Positions 51,075-62,812 of a stretch of 64,000 nucleotides of DNA are shown here, piece by piece. The stretch spans positions 17,837,070 through 17,901,069 of the forward strand of contig JARFYF010000118.1 in NCBI GenBank assembly GCA_030265395.1, written 5' to 3'. Under the pieces are notes generated by a model. That model had not been told where the DNA came from. It did not search any database and was given only the letters and a program-made list of their open reading frames with translations. Position 1 is the first letter of the stretch. Every line of letters begins with the position of its first letter. The translations under genes and the position numbers were made by a program. The stretch comes from Rhina ancylostomus. Lineage: Eukaryota.

Positions 51075-51342
51075 TCACATGAATCCTGTTCCCCTTCACA
51101 TGCCTATCAGCTCAATCCTGATTTTCCTGCTACCCAACTACACTCGGGTTAGTTTACATTGGCCAATTAACCTACCAGCTGGCGTGTCTTTGGGATGTGG
51201 GAGGAAACTGGAATATCTGAAGGAAACACCAACAAGTCACAGGGAGAATGTGCTGTCTGTGTGGAGTTTGAACTAGAGGTCAGGGTCAAACCTGGGTTGC
51301 TGGAGCTATGAGGCACAAGCATTACCTGCTGCACTGGTGCTG
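51075..51342 (-). mobile_element. HE1-like V-SINE
   Basis: tttaca.tggccaattaacctacc..gtctttgggatgtgggaggaaactgga..cacagggagaatgtgc..aacctgggttgctggagct.tgaggca. Confidence 0.88.
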
Positions 51343-52229
51343 TGTATTTTAAAAATCCAAATGCAACAAGAGATTGTGAATCATTGTGATCCGTTATCTT
51401 CAGGAAATGGACACATGCATGGAAAACATGCTGCAATAAAATACTATTGATCTCATTGAGTGTGTTCCATCTTAAGTTTAGATGAAGTCCACTGTATCCC
51501 TGATCCTACCCATTAATCTCTTAAGAAATGTTTTCTTATAATATTATTCTATCTTTCTCTTTGTTGTCTTCCCTGCCTGTTCCTCAATTCCCATGGAAGC
51601 AAGGACCTCAATGATATCAGTGTCACGCTTCCCTTCAACAATGTTCACAGTTCAACAGAAAATTCTGTTACAGAGCAACCTTATTATGAACTGAATTGTT
51701 TGTCTTGTTAATTGGTTTGCAGCATAAATTGAGCTCAGAATTAACTAAGCACTCTAATCATAGCTTATTGTTCACCGGAGAGTGCCGGGGAGAGTGATAC
51801 TTTACATCTTGCATACAAAGAAAATTAAAACCCTGAGACCAGTGGATGCAGTGACAAGTACTTGGCTTTAAAAAAAAGGGCAAATACTGAAATTGCATAA
51901 TATTTAAAAAGAATAAAAGCTTAGAATGTTCCTTAGAATATTTGAATGGTAGCAAACCATTCAGCTTAGGTTGACATAACCAGATATCCGTTCTTCTTTT
52001 CAGCTTCCCCATATCCTTGTGATTATGTTCTCTTGGTGTTTATTCCAATCCCTTTCAAACCCCACTCTTGAATCTGTGTTATCCACCGCTTTTTAGGCAA
52101 TACAGTCTAAATCTCAACAACTTGAAACATTTTTTTTCTCATGGTTTTCTCTGTTTCTTTTGCTAGCTTCCTTAAATCGATATTCCCTGGTTTTCAACCC
52201 TGCAGCCATTGAATAAATTCATCCAGGGG

Positions 52230-52615
52230 TATGGTCCTGTAATGGTTTAGTTACTGGATTGGAAACTAGTCCTGGACCATTTATCCAGAGACAGTAGTTC
52301 AAATTCCACCATGGCAAGTAGCAATTCAAATTCGAGTATTAAATCTGGATTTTGTTTTTAAAGCCAGTCTCAGTAATTAAAAGTAGGAAGCTACTGAATT
52401 GTCGTAAAAATCCACAGATGTCCATCGGGGAGGAAATTTCTCTTCCTTATTTCATCGGAGGAAATTTCTCTTCCTTATTTCATCTGGCTTATGTGTGCCT
52501 CCAGATCCACGCATGCGCAGTTGCCTCTTAATTCCCTCGTCAATTCAGAGAAAATTGGGAATGGACAGTAGCTGTTTGCTTTGCCAGTGTCATTCACATC
52601 CTGTGAGCAATGAAG
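52230..52615 (+). mobile_element. Old tRNA-type SINE with an internal 28-bp tandem duplication
   Basis: ttactgga..atccagagac..agttcaaattccaccatggca..aaatctgga..ttgtcgtaaaaa..ggaggaaatt..; tail ttgccagtgtcattcacatcctgtga. Confidence 0.7.
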
Positions 52616-53623
52616 TAAAAATTGGAAAACATGTTTTACATTTCTTTAGATTAAACCCAAATTGATTTTGAACATCATGGTCAAGTTCCTTATTTATGGT
52701 CTAAGGAGATCAATCACATTTTATCTAGTGCACCCATATAACTAGTGCCTCATTCCCGATCAATTGTTATAAATCTTCTCTCTGTTTTCTACATGGCTTT
52801 GGCATACTCATTAAAGTGCAGTGGGGACAAACTTTGAGCGTGAGCTTGATGAGGGTGAAGAGATACATCAACTTCTTGTCAGTAACTGAGTGGGTCTTAT
52901 GGTGAGAGTAGGTGTAAAAGTCAGAATGTTGTATATCAGGTGGACTGATGAATGAAGCACAGAGTTGTAAACTGTGATCTGATATTTAATAAACAATCAG
53001 AAACCATTCACTGTTGATTTTAATACCTGCAAGCAATGTGGACTGAGTTGATGGAACAGGTGTCTGAGCTTGTTGGTTGATCAGTGTTGTAAAGTATGCT
53101 GTAGTTGTGGGAAGCTTGAAATATCTTGTTCACAGAAGCAAGTACCAACATGGTGAAAAAGCAGTGTGCAACAAAATGTTGGAAACACTCAGCAAGTTGG
53201 GCAGCATTTGTGGAAAGGGAAGCAGAATTGTTGATTCAAGTTTGCTGTCTGAGCTGCTGAGTTTCTCCAGCATTTTCTATTTTTATTGCAGATTTTTTTT
53301 GGTTTTCAAGCTTGTCATAATGCATTGTATGAAATACTCCTGAAATTCAGCAGACTGTGATAGAATACTCTAACTTTGTTGGATTTCTCTTGTAAAGAGC
53401 ATTTATATACTGGATCAAATAGCCTCCTTCTATAACTAGTTTTTTATTCTTTTAATTAATTGTGAAGCATTCATTTTCAAAATTCTTCACATTTAGATAT
53501 CGATATATATTTGAGTAAAATTATGAGAGAGAGGCTGAATTATTGTGGACACATAAAGAACTTATATTTTGAAAAACACTGTGTGTTGCTATCAATTTAT
53601 AAATTGCCTTTATTTTATTTTAG

Positions 53624-53693
53624 GACTTCCAGCCCTTGTTGTGGCAACATCTGTTGGATTCACCAAGTCGAAGGGATATGGCACAGTAAATTA
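53624..53693 (+). CDS. ADGRB1: ADGRB1 coding exon: TM4-ECL2 ([24 protein letters not shown])
   Basis: Acceptor ttttattttag|GA, donor AATTA|gtaagt; 70 bp, phase 1 to 2; continues the frame of the previous exon. The next exon (CWLSLEGG...) was not seen in the window. Confidence 0.96.
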
Positions 53694-53762
53694 GTAAGTA
53701 GGCCATGGGGCTCTCACTAGTTTGTCAGTAAGTGCATGAATTTCCTTCAGCAGCGTTCAAGG

Positions 53763-54222
53763 AGGACACAAGTGGCATAACTAGTAAAGCTACTGCCTCG
53801 CAGTTCCAGGACCCAGGTTTTATCCTGACCTCCAATGCTACCTATGTGGAGTTTGCATGTTTTCACTATGACTACATGGATTTCCTTCTGCTGCCACAGA
53901 GTTGTACAGTACAGAAATAGGCCCTTCACCCCACCCTACCCATGCCAGCCTTATTGTCCTTCTGCATTACTCCCACTTGCCTGAATCAGGTCTGTATTCT
54001 TCGTTGCTTTACCTATTTAAATGCCTGTCTAAATATATCTGGATTCTTCCTGCATCCCAATTGACCAGTATAAGTTGTTCCTGGTGTGTTGGTGAGTGGT
54101 AAAATTTAGAGGGGTTGGTGGGAATGTGGGGAGAAAAAAATTGGATGAGTGTAGGATTAGCGTAAATGGGTGCTTGAGGGTTGGCATGTTCTTGTTGGGC
54201 TGAATGTCTGTTTTTCCATGTT
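53763..54222 (+). mobile_element. HE1-like V-SINE interrupted by an inverted CR1-type tail (about 53905-54035)
   Basis: Head and V-domain to 53900, insert tacagtacagaaataggcccttc..tatttaaatgcctgtctaaat, then the SINE resumes (ttcctgcatcccaa..aaatgggtgcttg). Confidence 0.8.
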
Positions 54223-55984
54223 ACAGAAAGATGTAACATGATGCTGTGTCCACATCATCATTCATTCTTGTCTTTTTAGTTCGCCGTGAGTCTTGCCTTT
54301 TGTGAACAGTTGATGATGCCTCTTTCTACCTCATGTAGTTAGTCAGCCATTGCCTTTAGGTGATCAGTCAATCATCTGGCACCAGTCTGTACTGCATTTC
54401 AGTTACTCTTTTTTTAGCTTTTTACTCAGGACTTTTCATGCTGTGTTAATTCACCATTTGTACATACAGCTCTTCAACGTTTGTTCCATTATAAATGTTT
54501 CATTAAAATATAAATCTCTACAACATCAGGGCATGTATTCCATTTATTCTGTCAGAACAGTCAATTCGGAAAAAACACATGTGCTTTATGGGTCTCTGAC
54601 ATTCACAGGAGATGGTTGACTGGGAATGATGAGAATGATGTTTGACCAACTTTCACATTTTCGCAGCATGTTGTTAAAATCANNNNNNNNNNNNNNNNNN
54701 NNNNNNNNNNNNNNNNNNNNNNNNNAATCATTGCCTGTTATTTATTATCTTGTATAGTTTAAGAAATAGTGGGCATTTTTATTTCAAAAGTAACTTACTG
54801 ATATCTGGCAAGTATTCTAAGTGGAGGAGAGATATCCAATGAAAAGATCTAGATATGAATATATTTCAGTGCACGAATGGCTCAAAATTAAGATATTAAC
54901 TTGCCCTTGAATGCATGCTGACAAATTCTTGGAATTGTTTTGTATTCGTAAGTTTAAGGGCCCCAATGTTTCTTTAAGTGGCATTTGTAGGAGCAAATAG
55001 AGTTTGCTGACTGCTCCCTGAAAAGTTTTATTTTAGACTCCTGATTGGGAAACTTGTTTGATTGACAGCAGCTTGTTGGGATATTGTATGGGGTGGTAGA
55101 TGTATGACATGGCAGTGGAACTTGAGGAAAAGATAACAGGATTGGAGAGTGCTTGGGTATGGAGGTGAAGTGAGTGGTGACTGCAGGAGTTATGGGATTT
55201 GTCCATGAGTCAGGAACAGTAAGGTGGCCAGTAATAACAAGAAGGTTCACAGTGTCTGATCAGATAAAGCGGGACCACGTTGCATGGGGTTGTGGATAGC
55301 CACCCTCACCTCTCCTGGCCACAGACAGCACTGGAAAGCCACTTTTCTCTTTCCTGCAACCATCCACACCTCTCTTTAGCTGTCAGCTTCAATTTGGAAC
55401 GGAGAACAAAGCTGAAGGATAAAACCTCATTTAAATACATTGTCAGCTGGGGGCAGGTTGATTGCCTGCTTCTCTTATCAAGCATTTAATGGATATATAA
55501 ATGTTTTGTGTATGTATTGCAGACAATGACTATTATAAAACTTAATATTTACCAGACAATAAGGAAACTTATTTAGCAAAAGAACAATACACATGATTGA
55601 CCTCACAGATTTTAATGTATATCGATTAGTTAGTTTAAGATATGATTTCTTTATTCGTCACATTTACATCAAAACACCACAGTGAAATGCATAGAGTGTT
55701 CTGGGGGCAGCCCGCAAATGTTGCCACACTTCCGGTGCCAACATAGCATGCCCACAACTTCCTTGGAACTCTGCAGGATCTTACCACAGTGAGACCTGAA
55801 ATCCCTAAAAATAGACTCTTGAGATTGATGGAATAATAGTGCGGAAGGAAGACATTCTGTTTGCTACATTGATGTCAAGCGCTTTTTGCTTGCAGCATTA
55901 TTGAACGTCAAGAGGAATTGGTTAGACTTTCTTTTGTAGAGATTATCATTACCTGATACTTCAAATGTGTGACTTACTTGCTAT

Positions 55985-56155
55985 TTGGTATTGGTTTATT
56001 ATTGTTGCTTGTACCAAGGTACAGTGAAAAACTTGTCTTTTCATTACACAGTGCAAGTGCATTGAGGTAGTACAAGTAAAAATAATAACAGTACAGAGTG
56101 AGGTGTCACAGCTACAGAGGAAGTACAGTGCAGGTAGACAATAAGGTGCAAGGCC
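55985..56155 (-). mobile_element. Rex1/Babar-type tail fragment
   Basis: ttggtttattattgt..tgtacc.aggtacagtgaaaaacttgtct..gcattgaggtagtacaag; same tail as 17400-17570. Confidence 0.8.
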
Positions 56156-57831
56156 AAAACCTGGGTGTTGCCCATATGTTGTGGCTATAGAGTGCTTCAT
56201 TATCTCAGGAGTTAAGAATGGTTCATGAGCAATGTCCAGTTATTAGCAAACAACCCCACTTTTTACAGTGAAGAGAAGCTTATTGATAAAGGTGATTGGG
56301 CCAAGAACATCGGCTTGAGAACACCTGCTGTCATGTCCTGGAGCTGAGTTGTTTGGCTTCCAGCAATCACAGCCATCTTCCATTGTGCTAGGTATCACTC
56401 CTGCCTTCATAGAAACACCTATGTTCTTTAATCTTTCTATAATAAATTATCTAAAGCTGCATACAGTGACTGAATAAATGTTTGATGAAATAATTACTTT
56501 TAACTCTTAAGTCTTGTGTACTCATTCATAATTCCACAAATTGCTGTTGGCCATTTTGTTTTATTACTTTATCCATCAATACTTGTGTTTTCAGATAAGT
56601 GTATATTTTTCCCTCAAGCTTTCCGTGGGATCTAAGAATTAAGAATAGAAAGTGAGGTTTCAACTCCTTAGTGCTAAAGCTTTCATAGGAACGAATGAGA
56701 AGCAGATGACCTGTGCCTAAGTCTCAGGCATAGTTGGGACATTATTTTCTCATGTTATTGAAGTTCCATTGATGTCTTTGTTCACACAATGACGTGTAGA
56801 TTTGGTTTGGTTATTTCTACAAAAAAAAATATCTTGTTGCTAAAAGTAGGAAATCAGATTTGTTTAGACTTTGAACTACGTTCTTGGCAGAGAAGCATAG
56901 CCAGCCTGAAGAAAGACAGTTTGAAAGTTATGTCAGAATTCTGAGACTTTAAACATAAACAGTATTGCAGTTTTGGAATGACCAGATTGGGATACCTTCT
57001 AAAAAGCATCCTGATTTAAAATATTGGTGCTTCTCAGAATCCTTGTTTTGGTAATGGTCTGTAAATTAGCCACTGTTTTAACATCTGTAGATTTAAAGGA
57101 GCACTGATTGGAACCATGAAATTAAAGTCGGTGTGTCTTTAGATCCTCCTAGGATTGCCTCACTGGCATTTTGGATCCATCAGTAGCTTAGACGAGAACT
57201 GTCAGCACAGAGCAGAAATGATTTGCAAAGTTAATGGGCTTTCTGCTATCTGCTCATTAAGATCACTTGGAAGTGGCAAATTGCATGAGATTCCCTCTTG
57301 TCACAATTGTCTGTCATGTCTGAAATTGACAGGTGCCCCTGGTAATGGAGGCTTGTTTTCTCCTTTCCATCATCCGTTTTTTTTGTACTGTCCTGGGCTG
57401 CCAGATATTCAGTAGTCTGTTTTAGTCACATTTTCCCTCAAGGTATGTATTCTCTGGCCATTATCTTGAGTTTCTCAATTTAGTCTTGAAAACACTTGAA
57501 CTGCAGTCAAACAGTAACAAGGAGGTTTACAAAATGGGGCAAAGTCAACCAAAGATGATTATTAAAACAGAAGATATTGGAAATACTCAGCAGGTCAGAG
57601 AGCATCTGTAGAATGAGGAAGGGAACCAAGTGTGCTGACCTGTGGCTGGAATATCCATAGAGGATTGTTGGCTTCATCCTATTCACTGGTCAGCCCTTCA
57701 CAGATATGAGGGACTGCTTGTTCATGGAGGCCAGAAAAGATTGGGAGGTCAAATGCTAACCTCTCAGTCCTCCCATTCAGGTTATCTCCCAAGAATAAAG
57801 GAAAGGTTGTGGACAGGGCTTGTTGTAGGAA

Positions 57832-58028
57832 TTTAGCAGGTCAGGAGCATTATGGAGGGAAATAGTCAGTTGACATTTCAGGTCAAGACCCTTCATCAGT
57901 CCAGATGAAGTATCTCGACCCGAAATGTCAGCTATCCATTTCCCTCCATAGATGCTGCCTGACCTAGTTAGTTCCTCCAGTGCTTTGTGTATTGCTCCGG
58001 ATTCCAGCAGCTGCAGTCCCTTGTGTCC
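57832..58028. mobile_element. Compact Penelope-derived foldback with two oppositely oriented hammerhead-like cores
   Basis: agcaggtcagg.agcat.tatggagggaaatag..tgacatttcaggtcaaga.ccttcatcag / cagatgaag..tctcgacccgaaatgtca..atttccctccatagatgctgcctgacct. Confidence 0.82.
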
Positions 58029-58089
58029 TTAGGGCTTCTTCTAGGTAGAGTTTGCCAGGTTGTATTGCTATTCCCATGTAGTCATGGAT

Positions 58090-58385
58090 TTTCCAGCCTT
58101 CCTGACCCTCTCTCCAGCCCTCCTGTCTTCCTTTCCCTCCCAGGACCTCCAGTCTTCTCTTGGCTTTCTTAATCTTTAGTGCCACCTCAGTCCACCTGAT
58201 CTTGTTTCTCTCCTGATCTGCACATCTCTTAATTTCTAGTCCTTCTGCAGCCCTCCCGAACTCCAATCCATCCCAAGTCCCTCCATGTCCAGCCTCTTGC
58301 CAGCCTTCCCCATTTCCAATCTCCAGTCCTTCCCCAGCCCTCCTTATTGAAGAGGTCCCACTACCCAAGGCACCCTTGACCTTGA
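58090..58385. repeat. Pyrimidine-rich degenerate tandem repeat (ccagcc/ctccagtcct-like units)
   Basis: Recurrent ccagccttcc, ccagccctcc, ctccagtcct(t); explains the G/E/R-rich ORF 57964-58401(-). Confidence 0.55.
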
Positions 58386-61300
58386 CTTTAGGGGAAACCA
58401 AGAGTTACGTAAGCTATGTTTCAATGTGAGCATGAGCACCAGAGCAGGGAAAATTAGGGCAAAGATTTGCAGTCATGAAGATTCCCCAGGCTGATAGACT
58501 GCAATAAAAATAACAACAATAATTGTGTTCTGCTGTTGCTGTTCTGTAGCCATAGCCTTGCTCTGTAAATGTATGGCCTATGCCTCCTAGTTTTACAGGC
58601 CACTGCTTTAAGAGTATTTGGGATGGGCAGAAGGTTCCCTGCCCTGCCTTCAGACTCCCTGTTGGACATACAGAACAATTGGCATCCCATAATATCACAC
58701 ACAAAAGCCAAGTCATTGGAGTTTTTGGCAATTCTGAATTACTTTGCACAATTACCAAGCAGCTGTCCTACCCCAGGTAGTGCTTGACTCTTGTCTCAGA
58801 TAATTGTGGCTGTTGATGGCCTGGGGCAAGGTGTCAGCCATCTATTTACCACTGAGGAAGATGCTGGCAGCCAGCCATTCTCCTCATCTGCTCCGTCCAG
58901 ACTCTGTGCAGCAATCGCAGTCTTAGACTTGGATTTGCTGGTAAGAAGGTGGAAGGGCCGAGGAAAGTCCCTCTCTCTTACAGTCAAAGGAAATCTGCCC
59001 TTAGAAAATGAGCTTCCTGGTGCAGGGTTGGGAGTAACATGGTTTTAATAGTTTGTAATTATTCTTGAAGTGTCCTTGGTGGGAGTTTTAAGATATTTAA
59101 GGATTAGAAAGTGTTGGTTTGTCCCCTCAGATGCTTTTGCCTTTTCACTGTTTTTCCCCACATATACTCCCTATGATAGTTGTGTTGCATGTGCAACTAC
59201 CAGCCGTATTTCAGAGATAACTAACTGGCAGTAAAGTCTATTCAGAGTTCTTGGAAACTGAATAAAATGCTTAATAAATATGCATCGTTGTTCATTAAAT
59301 AAATGTGTTGTTGTTCATTATATATCAGGAATGTGTTATGTGACCTTAAGCATCTTTCTGTATCTACTTGAGCCTGGCTTTTATTTGGCTTCTGTTTCTT
59401 GAAATGCTTCAGTAGTACACAAGCTGACTTGCCCCAAGCCTTCCCTGCATGTTTATTCCTGTGGAGCCTTGCACACAAGAATATTGTTCAATTTAGTCAA
59501 GGTACACTTTACTTCATTTATTTAATCATTTGAAGAACTGTTACATTTATTGTTCTTTGGTACCCAAAGGCAGGAATATAGAATGTTAGAAGCCTTGTGG
59601 ACCGTTACACTGTAAAAATAAATTACTAGTAATCCACAGCCGTCCACATAGCACCTGAAAAAAAAACAGGCGATTGATATGGTGTTAAGTTCTTTGCAAG
59701 TGACAGTGGTGGGGTTATTACAAGTAGTGGGGTAGGGTTGGCTGTTGGATGTATCTAAGTGTATCTGAGATCCCATTCTGCCGCTGATCCCAACTAACCA
59801 CTGAGTCCAGAGGTGGCACTTACACATGGAGAAAGCTGAGAAGGCCAATGCACTCTGCATCTGACCCGTCAGCTTTAAATCACTCATTGGTGGTTTCAAT
59901 AATATAGCCTTCATCTTCGAATGGAGCCACTGACCTTAATGAAAAGGTAAGTGCAGATAAACATGTTATTAATTATCAGTTTACTTTGTTTCCCTTAAAG
60001 GAGTATTTAGTTATTTTGTTTAATTATTTTAATACTTTTATGCAAACAGTTTTAAGCACAGATCAGGGTGGTTCAGGGTATAACCTTGGCATCTGCCACC
60101 CAAGACCTAATCATGGCTTCTGACCCTCACAGCAGCCAGGCCCTGAAGTCCAATGGTTACATGGATCCTACAATGGCAATAATGCAGGATAGAATGTTCC
60201 TTTCAGTTTCTCTATCACTGAATTTACAGAAAGCAGGCTCCCACAACCCAGCATAATCAAATATTATTGCTTGGTGAGGCAATACTGGGAGAAATCAACT
60301 CAGTTATTATCATTTTTGTTTCTAGCATTGATGTACTAGTACGTAGAACATGTGTAATTCATGTCAGAATTGTATAATGTCAATTTGGAGTCTTGTAATT
60401 TGTATTAGAATATGTTACGTTACAAATGTAGTATGGCAGTGTCCCTTCTGTACCAATTGAGTCTTGCTGTTTCTTTTCTAATCCAAATTACATTGTGTAG
60501 CGAAAAGAAAATTGGGTTGAGAGTTATCCCCAAATAACCAGATGTCCTCCAGGTAATCGGTCAAAATAGAATGGTGGAGCAGTTAGTTAATTTGTCTCCT
60601 CCTTAGCTATTGATGATGGTGGATATCCAGGGAGTTTGCATAAGAATTTGTTTCCTGTCTAAAGAAGACTTGCAACATTGACTTAAATGGTAGCAACAGA
60701 GCTAATCTTCAGATTTTTCTTATGGGACATGACATTTTATATAGTGAGAGGTTGAGACACATAATGGGTTATTTTTATTTCTTTCAATCTATTTTAGATT
60801 TCAAATTAGAAGGATCAGAGTGGATGGTTTCCACTGCTGGAAAGTTATGTCAAGCAACACATAAACATGGCCTAGTGGGTGGCATCACTGAATCATGTTG
60901 ATAATTTGTTTAGTTTTACAAGGTAGTCACGGAAACGATTTTAGTGTAGCAGAAACTGTTGGGTAGAAAAATTGATATAGGTGCTGAGGGGCACTCTCTG
61001 GTGGCCAGTGTCACCATTTCAGTACATGCTAGAACAAATAGGCAATGAACAGCTACATGAGGAAACAAGGGAAGTTATAGTCTCTGGGGAACTAACAACA
61101 TACAGAGTTCAATACAATGTTTTCAATGCTGAATTTCCTTTCCTGTGGAGTAAATCATAGGTGGATGCAACTGTGAATGGAAATTTCTCCTGCCTGTTAC
61201 CTGACAACAGCATTTAAGGACAAGAGTAGATCATTGAAAAAAGAGCAGTAATCTGATTTTACTCTTGCTAATTTGAGGAAATACCATGGTTATCCCATCA

Positions 61301-62019
61301 TCATCAGTTTCCTATTGGTCACAGGCCTGTTGCTGAAAATTCCATGGGACCTCTGAGCTGTGAGAGTTTGCTGCACTGCCTTTGCACACTTCCCGTCGCA
61401 TCTTGGCCTGGATTCGAATCGGGAGAGGGGAATGAGGGTGGGAGAGGGTTGGCAGTTGGGGGTCCTGTTGGAACCTAGTCAGTGGAGTGGGGGTGGGGAG
61501 TGCATTGGTGGCTTGGATTAGAGCTTTGTAGAAGGAAAGGAGTTTGTCAAGAATCAGCTGAGGAGCAAAGTGCCTTGGTCATTTGGGGAAGGTGGTCAGT
61601 GAATGTGGGGATTGACAAGTACAGTCATGGAGTCAGAGAATTGGGTATGGGCTGCAATGATTAGGAAGTCAGGTCTTGGGGTCTGTAGTTGTTTGGGCTT
61701 GCAGGAGTTGTGATCAGTGGGTGGGAGTTTGTACTATAGTGGGAGAGCGGATGGGGTGTGGGGGGGTGGTGGAAGTAGGTAAAGATTCTATTCTGAATCT
61801 TAGTCCACAGCACTGTTTAAAAAAAAGTTGCTTATTCTTGGAGTGATCAGCCTGCACTAATTTTCAAGGCAACTCTCACTGCACAGGGAATAACATCATC
61901 TTTTGCTCAACCAACAGCAAACACATTTTTACCACAAGGGGAATGTATGGCATGGCAAATGATTGAATGATGGTAATCAAGGTCTGTTCTAGAAATAAAT
62001 GATTTCCATCTTAAAACAC

Positions 62020-62300
62020 TGAAAGAACCAGCACTACATAACAGAATTTCTAACCAAGCTGTTAAACTGCCCTCCGAGATGCATGTAAAGATCTCACAGC
62101 ATTATTCAAAGAAGCGTATTGGTGATTTCCCATTATTCAAGCCACATTTTTCCCTCAACAATCAGGACTGGAATAAATTATCTGGTCATGGATCTCATTG
62201 CTGATCATTTGGCAGTTTCCTTCCTTGACAGTGGTACTTAAACTTTCAAGGTGTATCATTAATTGCAAGACGTTTTGAGATATGAAGTTCATGTCAGAAA
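62020..62300 (+). mobile_element. Deu-domain SINE fragment
   Basis: gtaaagatctcacagcattattcaaagaag..tccctcaac..attatctggtcat..tctcattgctg. Confidence 0.65.
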
Positions 62301-62549
62301 AGCACAACCTTATTTTTAATTAAATGTTTCTTACTTGAGATATAAAGTGGCTGTATTTTAATGCCAAGTTTGAAGGAGTTTCACAACATGAGCTGCTTCT
62401 TAGAATCAGACATTGCAAAGGTAAAATGTACATATCTAAACATGGGGCAGCATGCTAAATTTCTCATTTCCAACCAACTGGCATTTTGTGGCAGATATAT
62501 GTTTGAAGGAATGAAATCAAAACCTTGCCTTGTATCACATTGAATTATT

Positions 62550-62812
62550 GAATCGTATAGAACAACTATGGTGCCTATCTACGCTAATCCCATTTGCCCA
62601 CATTAAGCTCTTACTTCTTTCCTATCCACATACCTGTCTGAGTGCCTTTTTAAACATTGTAACTTCCTCTGGTGGCTCATTGCAGATATTCACTATCTCC
62701 TGTGTGGAAAAACTTGCCCATCAGATCTCCTTTAAATTTCTCCCCTCCCACCTTTAACCTCTGCCCTCTACTTCAAGACTCCCCCATCCTGGGAAAAAGA
62801 TTCTGACTCTCT
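62550..62812 (-). mobile_element. CR1-type LINE tail
   Basis: gctaatcccatttgccc..ctgtctgagtgcctttt.aaac..tgtgtggaaaaacttgccc.tcagatctcctttaaatt..ctgggaaaaagattctgact. Confidence 0.85.

Noticed and set aside
9812-53693. Assignment to ADGRB2 or ADGRB3
   Set aside because: [32 protein letters not shown] and [14 protein letters not shown] match BAI1; BAI3 as recalled has GSGLSCLALI, YAALWR, SNILILVG and [14 protein letters not shown].
57964-58401. 145-aa G/E/R-rich ORF on the minus strand
   Set aside because: Product of a low-complexity pyrimidine-rich repeat plus a foldback arm; non-ATG start and no domain.
61420-61780. G-rich tract as a functional G-quadruplex or promoter
   Set aside because: Looks like the purine-rich strand of a low-complexity repeat interior similar to 58090-58385; CpG-poor and no other support.
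1396-62757. Most ORFs in the six-frame track as independent genes
   Set aside because: Short, often non-ATG, spanning N-runs or lying in SINE/LINE debris; only the ADGRB1 exons, the SLC6 exon and retroelement C-termini show recognisable protein motifs.
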